Assembly: GCA_027923505.1 (NCBI GenBank)
Contig: BROI01000013.1
Location: forward strand, 186,001-250,000
Length of the DNA stretch: 64,000 bases
Direction of reading: 5' to 3'
Source of the DNA: Mayamaea pseudoterrestris
Lineage: Eukaryota
Of the stretch, positions 1-12,313 are shown one piece after another (the first letter of the stretch is position 1; the number at the start of each line of letters is the position of its first letter). The notes under the pieces are model-generated. The model was not told the origin of the DNA and did no database searches. It saw nothing but the letters and a program-made list of their open reading frames with translations. The position numbers and the translations under genes are program-made.

Positions 1-7
1 GAATTCG

Positions 8-2311
8 ATGGTTGCCCGAGTCAAGGTGGAAGATATTGAAGCTGGTGCACTCGCATCGGAAGGTCCAGCGGATTCGCGACGAGCCGAACTGGACGAGAGC
101 CCCGAGGTGCGCCTTGCGTTTAAAAACTTTTACAAGGCCTATCGTGCTGAAGAACAAAACGGAGTCATGCAGGCGGAACAATTTGCTACAAATGCATTGC
201 GCAACGACAACCTCCCAGCAACAATCCACTGGCGAATTTACGTGGAGCTAGCCGACTTGGCTAGACGTACGAATCGATTTACTGTTGCGCGACGGCATTA
301 TCAACGAGTTTGTACTCTTCAGCCGTATGCGAGCCAAGGCTGGGTTGAGTACAGCAAACTGGAGGAGGAGTGTGGAAATATGAACCGCGTGGCGAATATT
401 ATGTACGCTGGGCTGGAATATTGCGAGTACAATGAAAATCTCATGATCCGAGCGATCAAACACCAGGAGAAAATGGGTCAGCACGGCAATGTGCGTGCTC
501 TCTTGGCGAGACTGAAGCACGTTGCTACTGAAAAGGTTTGGCGTACTGTACTGGAAGGCGCACTTTTTGAGGCTCGCGTTGGAAATATTTCAATCGCTCG
601 TCGCGCGCTGAAGTATGTCATGAACTACGTGCCATGGTACGGTCCACTCTACGTTGAATTCTATCGCCTTGAGCGCGACCATGGGCACACACTCGACGCA
701 CTAAAAGTCGTGGAACTTGGTTTGTCGCAGGTACCCCGATATAATCCGCTATGGTTTTCTGCTTTGCGAGTGTGCGAGGAGCTTGATGTTGCTGATGGAA
801 ACTATGATTTGACAAGGACAAAGTCCATGCTACAACGCGCAAACACACATGTCAGCAAGGAGGTCATTTGGAAAGTTTTTCTGGAGGCGGCGTTTGCTGT
901 CGAACGTGCAGCGATGGAGATCTCTGAACGAAGAAGATTGCCATTAAATTCATTGCTGATTGGGGCGCGAAGCTATTTCGCGCTCACGATTCGATCTTGT
1001 CGACTAAATCTACGGTGGAAGGTCTGGCTAGCAGGGGCTCGCATGGAACTATCTGCCGGAAAAGTATCTGCGGCTACTCGATTGTTTGCGCGAGCACATG
1101 AGGTTGCTCCGGAGAAGGTCCGTTCATTAACCCTTTTGGACTATGCTCGCCTTCATGAATATATTGGCAAGAGAGACATTGCGCGAGCTATACTTTGCAA
1201 AGGACGAGTAGACTATGGCCATGATTGGAAATTATGGCTAGAAAGTGTCCTTTTGGAGATGCGAGGATGCTGCATCGGTCGTGCGTTTGAACTAGCTACA
1301 GATGCACTCGAAGTGCACGGAGGAACCGGCCGCCTTTGGTCAGCGCTCGTGCAGCTGAGTTATCAAATTGGAGGAGTCGACGGTCAGTATAACGCCTTGC
1401 GTAAAGCTTTAAACGCCGTTCCAAAAAGTGGCGAAGTTTGGTGCGAAGGTGCAAGAATACACTGCAATCCATTTTCCGCGACGTTTGATATTAGCAGGAG
1501 TCGCCGCCACCTATTCTTTGCCGGCAGATTTACGCCCCAGTACGGTGATAGTTTCTTGGAGTCGATTCGAGTAAAGCTTGTTCGTCAATGGCTGTTTCCT
1601 ATTGCACATTTTATTTGGGATAAAACCCAATCCAGCTTTATACCGAGCAATGGACAAGGCGACGAAGAATGCTTGATCAAGTATATCACGGACATTTCAT
1701 TAGCTGTATCTCTCGCGTGCCAGCAAAAAATGCAAAGTGCCAGACTCATACCCAATCTTGTTCATGCAGCGATTATACAGCCCGTTCGAGAACGTCTATC
1801 TGTGGTGAAATTGTTACGTTCCTTTGACTTGGCCGATATCTACTTGTCATGCTCCAACGCCGATCCAAACTACGGTCCACTATGGTTTTACTGTCGCAGG
1901 CTGCAGAATGACCCACCTCAAAGGGTTCTCGAGCATGCTAGCGCCGCTATGCTTGCGGAAATTCGCACGGTGGCGCACATTTATATTGCGGCGCAAGTCC
2001 GTAGGCATGCTATTTTATCGACAAATGACGACGCCGATGGACTAGCAACCGAGGAGTCACTGGAACTTTTTGACCCCGCAGCCATGGAACTGGAGAAGCG
2101 GACGGATACACTGCTGCGATCATATCCCTCTTTGCAGGAAATTTACAACCCTCCAGATCCCATGACTGGTTCGCCGCTCCTAGAATGCAATATAAACACT
2201 GCTGACTTTGCCACTGGACTGATGGAATTTAGCAGGAATCCCCCGCTAGAGCAAATGTCGCTATTGGCGCGACGAAAAGCATTGTTTGCTACTGATGCCT
2301 TGTTTCCATAA
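8..2311 (+). CDS. HAT/TPR helical-repeat protein (pre-mRNA-processing-factor-like); probably 5'-partial
   Basis: 767-aa ORF with recurring HAT-like motifs (WVEYSKLEEECG, VWRTVLEGALFEARVG, WKVWLAGARMELSAG, VPKSGEVWCEGAR). The frame is open to the window edge. Confidence 0.75.
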   Translation: MVARVKVEDIEAGALASEGPADSRRAELDESPEVRLAFKNFYKAYRAEEQNGVMQAEQFATNALRNDNLPATIHWRIYVELADLARRTNRFTVARRHYQRVCTLQPYASQGWVEYSKLEEECGNMNRVANIMYAGLEYCEYNENLMIRAIKHQEKMGQHGNVRALLARLKHVATEKVWRTVLEGALFEARVGNISIARRALKYVMNYVPWYGPLYVEFYRLERDHGHTLDALKVVELGLSQVPRYNPLWFSALRVCEELDVADGNYDLTRTKSMLQRANTHVSKEVIWKVFLEAAFAVERAAMEISERRRLPLNSLLIGARSYFALTIRSCRLNLRWKVWLAGARMELSAGKVSAATRLFARAHEVAPEKVRSLTLLDYARLHEYIGKRDIARAILCKGRVDYGHDWKLWLESVLLEMRGCCIGRAFELATDALEVHGGTGRLWSALVQLSYQIGGVDGQYNALRKALNAVPKSGEVWCEGARIHCNPFSATFDISRSRRHLFFAGRFTPQYGDSFLESIRVKLVRQWLFPIAHFIWDKTQSSFIPSNGQGDEECLIKYITDISLAVSLACQQKMQSARLIPNLVHAAIIQPVRERLSVVKLLRSFDLADIYLSCSNADPNYGPLWFYCRRLQNDPPQRVLEHASAAMLAEIRTVAHIYIAAQVRRHAILSTNDDADGLATEESLELFDPAAMELEKRTDTLLRSYPSLQEIYNPPDPMTGSPLLECNINTADFATGLMEFSRNPPLEQMSLLARRKALFATDALFP

Positions 2312-3457
2312 TTTGAGTCATGCTCATGGCATTTGCAATACCATCGAAAGGGTTTTTCACGTCGTGCAGTTTGGAAGCGGAGGCAATCGACGTGGGTCAA
2401 GCGACGGAGTTGTTTAACGGATACCTCTTGGTCGCTTGCTTTTGCACTTGCTTTGTGGTGTTTGATCTCTCCAGGTCCAAGTACATCTGATGGTCACCGA
2501 TGGTATCTGTCACAAGGACGTTGACGATTCGTGTGAAGCTGGAGACTGCATTGCTCACGCTTTCGAGTGCAAAGGACAGCACCCTGCGATTGGTGGCCAA
2601 GCAGGGGACACCGATTTGCCGGGTGATGACATTGTCTGGCAACGCTGCATAAAGGCAGCGATGTACAGGCAGCGAAGGACGACTGGCTACAACGATGGTG
2701 ATACACTAAGTGAACAGATGACAAGTACTGTACTGGAACTCGTCAGTAGTTCTGATTCCATGTTCTCCCCTAAAAGGTAAAAGATATTGGATTGAAAAGA
2801 GACGAATGAATGAAGAGACGACTGACTGAGTATGTATGACTAAAACGTTCCAGTTGGCTCCTTGCAGAGGTTAAACAAGTACCTTACCTGGCAGCATGTA
2901 CATGTGTTGCGTCGTCAGCGAGGTTGCAAGCCTGCGTCTGCGTAGACGACGACATGCGACGCATGTTGATTTTGATTATGCAACACCTGTGTCGCCGCTG
3001 GTAGAAGCTGAAACGAGTCCAGCCACTACCAATTTTGAGCAATCATTCTTCGCTCAGATGGATCATCCACATCGCTGGCTTCATGACGGTCGACACACCT
3101 GCCGGCGGCAATCAGAGTTGGCATATCGTGCGACAACCAAGTCGATCTTACCAAGTCGATCTTACTCTAATGAGTTTAAATCTTATACGCGGACGGAACT
3201 AGTGCGCAAGATATTACCAACTTTATTCATAAGGGCTAGTAGTATAGATTGGGATTTACATAGTTAGACGACGCATCATGTTGCCAAAGCCAAGCCTAAA
3301 ATCTCGCAAGTGGCGAGCTTTCAAAAGTACGTGTCGCATAAGTTATCAATGCGACTCCATTGGACCTCAATCAATTTCGCTCGTTCATTCGCCCCATTCT
3401 TCACTCTTTAAATCTTCAGTGCGCCAACGCCTTGACGCTCCAACGCAGACAATAATC

Positions 3458-4075
3458 ATGGCTGGCCTCGGACGACGAACTCACTATCGCAAGCACTTGA
3501 CCGACTCGGTGATGAATGATCTCCCAATTCCTCAAGCCGACGAGCGCATCGCCAAGGTTGTTGCAACGCGAGGAGGGAATCAATTTGACATTTTACTGTC
3601 TCTTTCTGCTCAAGATGATGCATCTGCACGAAAGTCTCGTCTATGCATTCTCCCAACCAAGTTCCGCAAGCTCGTCTTTATCAAGCGAGGCGATTTTGTC
3701 ATTGTCGAAACGAGCGTCGGAAACGATGCTGCCGTGGAAGAGGAAGCGGACAAGGAAGGCGGCGTCCGATGCATTGTCAAACACATCCTTTACAAGGACC
3801 AAATCAAACACCTGAAAGCGAAAGAGCTCTGGCCAATTCATGATGCAGAATTCAACGAAGAAACTCCGGCTGCGGCATTACCTGGCAGCAGCAACGACGC
3901 GACACAGTCTCCAATGGACAGTAATGAAAGGTCTGAATCGCTAAACAAGGTGGATCATGGCATTGTATACGATGCCATGTATGGAGACGAGGATCTAGAC
4001 GGAGAACTGGTGCTCAATACCAACCGCATGGCTGATTTGCTGGTGCAAGACAGCAGTGATAGTGAGGAGGAATGA
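3458..4075 (+). CDS. EIF1AD: eIF1A-domain (S1/OB-fold) RNA-binding protein
   Basis: Motifs IAKVVATRGGNQFDI, LPTKFRKLVFIKRGDFVIV and HILYKDQIKHLKAKELWP, then an acidic tail ending NTNR...DSSDSEEE. ATG 3458 (MAGLGRR) is preferred over the upstream ATG at 3278. Confidence 0.85.
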   Translation: MAGLGRRTHYRKHLTDSVMNDLPIPQADERIAKVVATRGGNQFDILLSLSAQDDASARKSRLCILPTKFRKLVFIKRGDFVIVETSVGNDAAVEEEADKEGGVRCIVKHILYKDQIKHLKAKELWPIHDAEFNEETPAAALPGSSNDATQSPMDSNERSESLNKVDHGIVYDAMYGDEDLDGELVLNTNRMADLLVQDSSDSEEE

Positions 4076-4701
4076 GCCACAGGGCGAAGATGCACAGTTC
4101 GATTTGAATTCACCACTCCTCATGTCGTCTGTATGTTGGACGGTTGGCGGAAATTTTGAGCTTGCCAGTGGTGTCCAAGTTGTAGATTACTACGGATACT
4201 TTGCAACTTCAAGGATGTAGTGATGTCGGATCTGCTGTGTTGCCTGAGCGACGAAATTCTTGTACAACTGCACCTCGTTGCTCTCGAGATACGGAGTCGC
4301 CGACTGCTCGTGAAAGAATAAAGCATGGCTCATTGAAAACAATTTCTACGTTAACTCATCCCCCTGTTTGCTGCTACTGAGAAACCGCCGGGTAACGAGC
4401 AGTGCCTTTAAACAAATTACAATTGTTTGAGGGGCGTCTCTCGCTCAAGTGCCATCCATTCTCTGCAAAGCTGTTTGGTTGCTTGCCAGCTTGAGTTTGA
4501 ATGGAATGTTTGGCTGGTCGTTTCACAAAAGATAGCATCACATGAAAAGCGAGTTAAACGCTACTGCCTGAAGAGGAGTTTACTTACGTCGTTACTAGGT
4601 CGTTCGACATGGTGACTCGCACACCTAGCATTACTATTCAAATCGAAAACTAAATTGTTCTACAAGCTTATTTATAGAACTGCTATGAGTATAGGACACA
4701 A

Positions 4702-7438
4702 TTAACGAATTAAGCAATGAGCTTGCCAAACGACCCTGCACGATTCTGTCAAGTTTTCCAAATGCTCAAGCGAAGCTTGTCGCCGGCCGTACTGGTAGTC
4801 GACGGCGTAAAGAAAGACTGCCATCGGTTGTCCGACAACACAGAATGAAAGCCAGAAAATGAGATTACCGACACTCGTCCCAGGATATCGACGATACAAA
4901 TACTTGGTAATGGCCACAAGCGGAACTTGCATCATCATTCCAATGAAACTCCAAGGTCGAATCATGTGAAAGGGCACCGATACGAGAATCTCGTGCAAAA
5001 CCGCACTGACAAAGAACACAAGAAATGTTGAAGCGCTACGCGAAATCTTCATGCGCATACAAGGAAAGTAGAGATGCCTAATTAACCAGTAGTGTACAGG
5101 ACAGTTCCACTGGCAAGGCGCACACATGTTAGACGCCACTGCACGAAACAAACGCTCAGTCACAGTAAAACAGTCATTTTGGTACGTACCAGCCGCCAGT
5201 ATGCCGATACCTCACTCGAGTTCCACTGGCCAATGATGTACGACGCGAAACGTTAGTAATTGGTACTAAAGGTAATATTGACGAAGCGCTCCATTGGCGC
5301 ATCACGAGCTGCATACTCACCCAATCCTTATAAAATACGCGGTCACCAAAGCGCAGGAGCTGCAGGATGAATGCCAGGATAATGCGATGTGAGACAAACC
5401 CTTCGCATGTTTTGTTTCGGCTTTTGGTTCAGCTAGCGTACCTCAGCAAATAAATTCAAATACAAGTGGAAGTACACGTAGAACATGAGCAGCCACAAAT
5501 ATGTATTGGCAACTGACAGTTTCAACCAGTACTCGCCCATCATCTGTAAATTATATGTTCCATTCGTTTGTTCCAGGTCCAACACCAGATTCGCCAAAGC
5601 AGGGCTTACCACCTGCGCTACCAAAAATGTAAAGATTGCAACGGCTATGACCATGCGAACAAGTATACCGACTACTTTTAACCAGCGAACGTTCTGCGAC
5701 CGCGGAAAAGCGATCTGATATGTCAAAGTCGGAGCGAACCTGTGGCGGGCAGGCCCGGCAGGGTTAGTCATTTACTCTCGTGCTCCCCGTACAACACTCG
5801 ACAGTCACGAACACATACCAAAAGTAAAATATATTGCGCATCGTCACATTTTGAGGATAGACAATGTTCTCGTCTGCAGCATCCAGACTTTCGACAAGCG
5901 CGAGTGAGGCCTTCAGCGAGCGAGCACCTTCCTTCGTTCGACACGACAACCGATAATCCTCATTGGCGGCTGCGTATGAGACGAGCTTCATCCATGTAAT
6001 TGTTGCATGCAAGAGCAAAGCTGCTCCAATCGTAGGACTATCAATTAAATGCCATACAATGCACAAGGGAACGAAAAAGGCACAGTGGGCATTTATGTAG
6101 TGAAGGCTGCGAAACGAATAGCGGCCAATGGTGTGAGTGAGAGTTTCAAAACAAAAAACACATTACAGCAGCAATTTCGTCCACTACGCTCCAGCCTACC
6201 ATCCATCACTATTCTATTCGAACTCACATCATGCCAATCCATTCATTCACTCGATTCTGCGCAAGTCCCCATTCGATGCCAAACGCCGTCATCAAAAACG
6301 CGAGTTGTAGCACAAATCCCGAAACGAACGCATTGGTATCGTCCCACGGTTTTTCACGAATGTATCGCAAATCTTTCCATTGCTCGCGCGTCAAGACAAA
6401 CCCATGCGCCTGAATCGTCACACATATTAATCGAAAATTGCTCACCGCTAACAGAATCATGGCAAGATTGAAGAAACCTCGATAATTTTGCGCTGGCGCG
6501 TCAACGCTCAAGTATGACGACGCTGCGCATCGATGCATCGGTTTGCTCGGCGGATAAGATTTTGTAGAGCGAGCTTCCGCTTGATCAACGTCTGAATGTT
6601 TCGACTTTGTCTGGAAAGACTTGGCGTCTGGCAATCGGTTTGTCGATGGACGACGGGTGGGCATTTTGGGAACTGTAGCAAAGTATAGTGGGGGTAACGT
6701 TCCCTCCTTTGCCTCCGGCATGGCCATGGCCATTCGAGCTAATTGCCGTTGCTGACGGTTTGTTTCCTCGGCACGTTTTGCTTCATCCTCGAGAAAGTCG
6801 TCCGTCATGGAGTAAGCACAAGCTTCCGAGATGAGCTGCATCCATTGTTGATTCTCGGCCATACTTGGCGTCGAAAAGCGGAGCAGCGGAACCACATCTT
6901 CATCTTCCTTTTCGTAGGATGTTTCAGCTGACACTGCTCGTTGATAAACGGAAAAGATGAAGAAGTATGCCCCTGGTTCCGTCAATGGAGGATCTTGCTT
7001 CTTGTTGGCGGACCAGTGCCGTCGATTACGTTTCCATCCTTCATCTCGCACGGCACACCCTCGTAGACTGAGTACGTATCGAGGCGCATTATCATTGTGG
7101 TTTCCAGTGTAGGAAAGTCTTCCGCCATCCAGCGAGACGAATCGGAGGGCCCATTTGGTTCCTCCCCATCCGATGCTGCGATCCATCCACTTCCAAAGGT
7201 AACCTTGCTTCTTCCTCGCTCGAATGCTTCGAACCGATAGTGATTGCTTCTGACATTCAATATTGTTGCTCGCGAAAGGAAGAGCTGTAGGGATCTCGCC
7301 CTTTTCTCGCAAGCTTTGAAGCGCGTCCTTTTGCGCTTGAATTTCTTGCTCAAGCGATTTGATTCGCTCTTCAAGATTGGCTTCCGCAGTCTTCAAAAGC
7401 AGCTTGCTGTTTCGACAATTCTTCTTCTTCTTTGGCAT
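4702..7438 (-). CDS. DGAT1: Diacylglycerol O-acyltransferase 1 (MBOAT) with N-terminal PH domain; 6 exons: 7438-6228, 6106-5819, 5739-5442, 5359-5321, 5225-5190, 5109-4702
   Basis: GT-AG splicing joins the frames into DGAT1 motifs: YRGFFNL, WMKLVSY, APTLTYQ, LFAE|LLRFGDRVFYKDW|WNSSEVSAYWRL|WNCPVHYW, and SAVLHE (catalytic His). The PH-like segment is KQGYLWK...WALRFVSL...QQWMQLI. Confidence 0.92.
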
Positions 7439-7539
7439 GTTTTGTGAAGGTTCTCGTATACGTCAGAAGAGGACGTAGCTAGTTGCTATAGTAGTAAGAG
7501 ACACTCGTATATTATGTTGTGTTTCGTCTCTCGTCGGGC

Positions 7540-7585
7540 CAAGGGACATAAATTAACAGGGCACCCTGTTAATTTATCTCCCTTG
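7540..7585. mobile_element. 46-bp micro-MITE/transposon remnant (22-bp TIRs, 8-bp TSD)
   Basis: Arms caagggacataaattaacaggg and ccctgttaatttatctcccttg (1 mismatch) with a 2-nt spacer, flanked by cgtcgggc at 7532-7539 and 7586-7593. Confidence 0.75.
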
Positions 7586-8447
7586 CGTCGGGCAATGTTC
7601 CTGTCTCGCAGAGTGTCGTATCGGTTTCAAAGATCGTACCGGTAATGGACTGATTGCGGGGGGAACCCCCGCTCTTACGCTAACCCCTAAGAGGGTGTCA
7701 TGGGATTGGATTGGCTGAGTCGTGCCGCATCCCATGCGAAAAAGCGCGGCGTTACCTTTTCCGGGTTCATTGATGGATTTTCACGGCGACTCCATTTTTG
7801 CGCGAGATTTGCGGAACCAAGGAGGCGTCGCATTGCAACCAGCAATACGTCATGGGAGCAACAAGGAAACTGGGGATATGATTCCGTTGGAATTTTTGTT
7901 GCGGGGCCAAAATTGAGTGAGTGGGCCACCTCCAATTGAACCAGGTGCAAATTGGTCGAATCTTCAATCGACGACGCGACAGCCTTGACATGCATGCTTT
8001 TGGCTGAAACGATCGCAATAGACCATCTAATATATACTTGATATAATGGGCGAGTAATAGACTGGGATTATTGTTTTCGCCAAAGTTGTTGTAGTGTTTC
8101 CATCGAGGTGATTTGAGCATTTTTTCTAGAATCGTCCCAGCACGATCAAATCCCAGATGTATGTGGAGATTTCGCACCATTGCATTCTTTGATGATTACA
8201 GTAGACGTTGGTATGCTCAGATTCTCTCTATCGTCATTCTTGACCGAGTTTGATCCCACAGAAGGACGAACTTGCGCAATCCCGCATCATGAGAACCGAT
8301 GCGACTGTTCTCCGTGCACAGCGATGGCCTGCCAAGTGATGCTAGCTAATGTGATGCTAGCTACTGTAGCCTTGTCAAGTAGGTAAGATCTACTTGTGCA
8401 GTACTATTATGCAGTGAAATGCTGGTGGAAAGGACGGATGGTCACAC

Positions 8448-8467
8448 TATATATATATATATATATA
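8448..8467. repeat. (TA)n microsatellite
   Basis: Run of about 10 TA dinucleotides. Confidence 0.9.
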
Positions 8468-8788
8468 CATATGCTGCAGCATAGTCACCTGTTTAAAAGC
8501 TGCCGGCAATGCAACGTCTATCACTGGTGAGCTGTTAGTCCACAGAATGGCTGAATCATTACCGGTATTGATGGTCGGAATAATAGATATGCACATATTC
8601 TTGTTAGTCTGCTACTTTAAGCTTATGCTAAGCATACAAGTTTGCCCCCCGCAACTTGCTGTAGGTAACCAATTATTTCAGTCACGCTTTTGGCGCGGCG
8701 GCGCCGACGACCATGCGATTGATGGCGCAACAACATCGGCTTGTTGCTCGCAGGCACAGTTGAATATCGAATCCATTTTCATTCAGAC

Positions 8789-10229
8789 ATGAAGCTGCTC
8801 CACTCTGCTGCTCTTGTAGTATGCACTAGCAGATGTCTTCTACGTCTTCTGCTGTTTGTTGCTGTTACTCCCGCAGCAGTAGCAGCACTGCAACTGACAA
8901 TGGGAACGGGAAATTCTTTCGGCCGCGTCTTTCGCATCAGCACCTGGGGAGAATCACACGGCGGAGGAGTCGGCGTCGTTCTCGATGGATGTCCGCCTCG
9001 ATTAGCAATCACTCGAGAAGAAATCCAAGCTGATTTGGATAGACGAAGACCCGGACAGTCGAGAATCACGACGCCACGCAACGAGGCCGATTCAGTGGAA
9101 ATCATGAGTGGATTGAACCAAGACGGAATTTCCTTGGGAACTCCTATCGCCATGGTGGTCCGCAACAAGGATCAACGCTCCAGTGACTACTTGGAAAATG
9201 ATATGTCTGTCGCATATAGACCAAGTCACGCAGACGCCACATACGACGCCAAGTACGGGGTACGAGCGATTGCCGGAGGCGGACGATCAAGCGCTCGCGA
9301 AACGATTGGACGAGTCGCAGCTGGAGCAATAGCACGCAAGATACTAAAACAATACAGTGACATTGAAGTCTTGGCATACGTGTCCAAAGTACAGGACATT
9401 GAAGCGCAAAATGTCGACCATGAAACATTCACCATGGAGCAGGTGGACTCGAACATTGTCCGTTGCCCTGACGCCGATTCAGCCGAACGCATGCTTGCAC
9501 GCATTGACGAGATTCGAAAATCTGGAAATTCCATTGGAGGCGTTGTCACCTGCGTTGCCCGCAATGTACCGGCTGGTTTGGGCGCTCCCGTCTTTGACAA
9601 GCTAGAGGCCGATTTGGCCAAGGCTTGCATGTCGATTCCCGCCGCGAAAGGGTTTGAATCGGGCGACGGTTTCGCCGGGACTTTACTCACGGGAAAAGAT
9701 CACAATGACGAGTTTTACATTGATTCTGAAACGGGATCGACTCGCACCAAAACGAACCGATCTGGAGGCATTCAGGGTGGCATTAGCAATGGCGAAAGCA
9801 TTGTCGTTCACGTTGCCTTCAAGCCCACCTCTACCATAGGGCAGCTACAGGTATGCTTGTTAATGACAATTTTATCGCAGCAGTAAATATCTTGTCCTGC
9901 TTGCCTGCTCATGCATTATCAATGTGTTTCTCCTTGCCTTTTCGCAGAGCACCGTCACTCGCGATGGGCAGGAAGTGGATCTTCGCGGCAAAGGCCGTCA
10001 TGATCCCTGCGTCCTTCCTCGGGCGATTCCCATGGTGGAGGCCATGGTGGCATTAACATTAGTGGATCACATTATGATGCAAGTGGCGCAGTGCGAGTTG
10101 TTTCCCAACGTACAAGACGAACAACCAAACCCATTGGGCAAGATGGCGCGACGGGTGGATGGTGAACGCAAGCAAAAATACACCGTTGCTTCTGCCGGAT
10201 CAGTCAGTCAACGGGTCGATGAAGAATAA
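8789..10229 (+). CDS. aroC: Chorismate synthase with N-terminal signal/plastid presequence; exons 8789-9850 and 9948-10229
   Basis: Signatures [40 protein letters not shown] and RHDPCV. Intron gtatgc...tcgcag at 9851-9947. Confidence 0.95.
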
Positions 10230-10350
10230 CGTGACATTGATGTAGTATTAATAAGTATCTTTACCATACGAGCAGTTTAGCTACTGTATCGTAAGAGCTG
10301 TCATATATATTTCAGTCCAATCACTCCAAACTTTACTAAAAACTAAGCAA

Positions 10351-10756
10351 CTAGATGGAGTCAAGCATATCACTACTGTCCTCTCGTGTCGTTGGTGCCG
10401 TGACAATGGTAAAGCACTTGGTGATGAATTCAGATTCCTCCTGACGCGCCTTGCTAGCTTGGGCCTTGCGAAGCATCTTTCGGCGCGAGAGTCCCTTGCG
10501 ACCACCCTTTTTGAACTTGCGCATGTTCTCGCGGTTACGCTTGAGCTTCTCCTTTTTGGCATTCATGCGACTCGCTTCCAGAGTCGTAGATGTTGTCGAG
10601 GGAGCTGACGGCATGAAGGTCAATCGAGGAGCAAAGGCCTGAGATTGAAAGGGTTGAGAAATGTGCGATTTTCCGCAACAAGATTAGTCTACGAAGCGAC
10701 TCGCTTACCTCAGTGGCCAGCAACATGGCAAGGAGAAGGAGGATTCGGGTCAACAT
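10351..10756 (-). CDS. Small Lys/Arg-rich protein with bipartite plastid-targeting presequence; exons 10756-10709 and 10638-10351
   Basis: Splicing gag|gtaagc...ctcag|gcc gives MLTRILLLLAMLLATE-AFAPRLTFMPSAPSTTSTTLEASRMNAKKEKLKRNRENMRKFKKGGRKG..., i.e. signal peptide, AFAP motif and S/T-rich transit peptide. Confidence 0.75.
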
Positions 10757-11137
10757 GCTGCTGCTTCTGCTGTATGTTAAGCTGAGCAGCACGGCAGAGG
10801 GGCGACGATTGGCTTGCTCATGGACGAGCGGCTGCCGACAGCCATCAACGCAGAAAACTTCCAGGTTATGATGGATGACGAATGCGAACTTCATCCTTAA
10901 GTGAAGCCGCTTTGGTCCGTCCCTCACCCCGTGTCGTATCCAGCATCATACCGGTACTACACTGCCGTACTGGTACAATACGCGGCGGCCGATCCAGGAT
11001 GTGTGTTAATATACCAGTACAAGTACGCATAAAGTATAAATTGTTCGTTCAATCCTACGATAGCAAGAGTGCATGTCAATACTGCACGAGGTGGCGCAGG
11101 ATCCCGACAATTTAATGTGCCCACTCTCGCCGATACA

Positions 11138-11863
11138 CTACGAAAAGTATCCGTTCGGCATCGGGCCGGCATCATTCAATCTGCTCATTTCTATTTCCTG
11201 CAAGTTTCGCGAGTCGATCATTGTTCGAATGCGCTCCTTTTTCTTGACAAAATTGGCTCCCAAAGAATCATAGTAGTTCCAAGACTTGGGAAACGATTCC
11301 GGCAGTGCGTGGCCCATGGATCGCGTAATGGCTTCCTGTCGGGCCAGTTCAAGCGTCTGCATCCACTCGGATGCAATCTCACGTGAATGCACCAAGTAGT
11401 ATTGTCGCGTGCGAATCGTAGAAAGGCATATGACAGTGGTATATCCAGCAGGGAACGAAACAATTCCAACGTTTTGCTGAAGAGCTTGCAAGGAAACAAT
11501 GGCCATAGACAAGGTCTGGAGAGGAATAGATGATCCTTTGGGGCCTCTCGTCGGATGCACATTGTCTGAAAATTTGTACAAGAAGCTTCCCAGTAGAATC
11601 AAGTGCCGTCGCTCCCACTTTGGCGCTAGCAAGGCTGCGAGCCAAGCCATGTTCAAAATGAGCGATTGCAAAACCTGCGGAAGGAAGCTATAGAAAACAG
11701 ACGTATGTAGTTTCAGCACAGGTCCTTCGTGCTGCGGAGAGGCCCTGAGCAAATGGGGAGCTGTCAACCCAGTCGTGAAACGCGGATCATGATCGTGAGA
11801 GTCATCAAGTGCCACGGCGTCGGAAATGGATTGCGCCGCTGCAGAAATGCGCTGCCGAATCAT
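11138..11863 (-). CDS. PH-domain-like protein
   Basis: PH-like pattern PKWERRHLILLGSFLYKF...PKGSSIPL...YYLVHSREIASEWMQTL. The start is uncertain; a possible acceptor near 11871 suggests an upstream exon. Confidence 0.6.
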   Translation of the reverse strand: MIRQRISAAAQSISDAVALDDSHDHDPRFTTGLTAPHLLRASPQHEGPVLKLHTSVFYSFLPQVLQSLILNMAWLAALLAPKWERRHLILLGSFLYKFSDNVHPTRGPKGSSIPLQTLSMAIVSLQALQQNVGIVSFPAGYTTVICLSTIRTRQYYLVHSREIASEWMQTLELARQEAITRSMGHALPESFPKSWNYYDSLGANFVKKKERIRTMIDSRNLQEIEMSRLNDAGPMPNGYFS

Positions 11864-12313
11864 TGGTCGTCTGTCGTATATTAGCAAAAAGGCAATGCAA
11901 ACGAACTATCAATTGCAACGTGAATGTAGGATTTTGCTGAATGAGCTGGAGGAAAACTTATTATGGAGGTACTGCTCGGTAGAGGCAGCGAAACTGGGTG
12001 AGCCCAAGCGACGAACAAAAAGGAAGGGCGTCGAGGCGCGCGCGAATTGTACTTCAAACACCATAGTCGAACACGAAAAATGGGTGTACATTAAATATCA
12101 CAGTTCCGTCATTTTTGTACCGTAGCGACTTTGCGCACCCACGTACGTACTTGGCGCGGTTGGAATCCAAGACGACGACGCTTGTATCTTACGATGATGA
12201 TGTCGAAAGTTTCAACCATTACTATACGTAAAAATCACTTTACTGTTAGTACCTTTGCCCTCGGAAATTTTCGCTGGCATCGAGGATTCCGCATTGTGCT
12301 TACTTCCGTCGCA

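Noticed and set aside
2333..3267. Short ORFs between the HAT gene and eIF1AD, plus a 14-bp tandem duplication at 3136-3163
   Set aside because: No recognisable domains or convincing splice model; the duplication is ordinary slippage.
7656..7690. GC hairpin gcggggg-gaa-cccccgc followed by ctaa, resembling a Helitron 3' end or terminator
   Set aside because: No matching 5' end or second copy in the window; too short to support.
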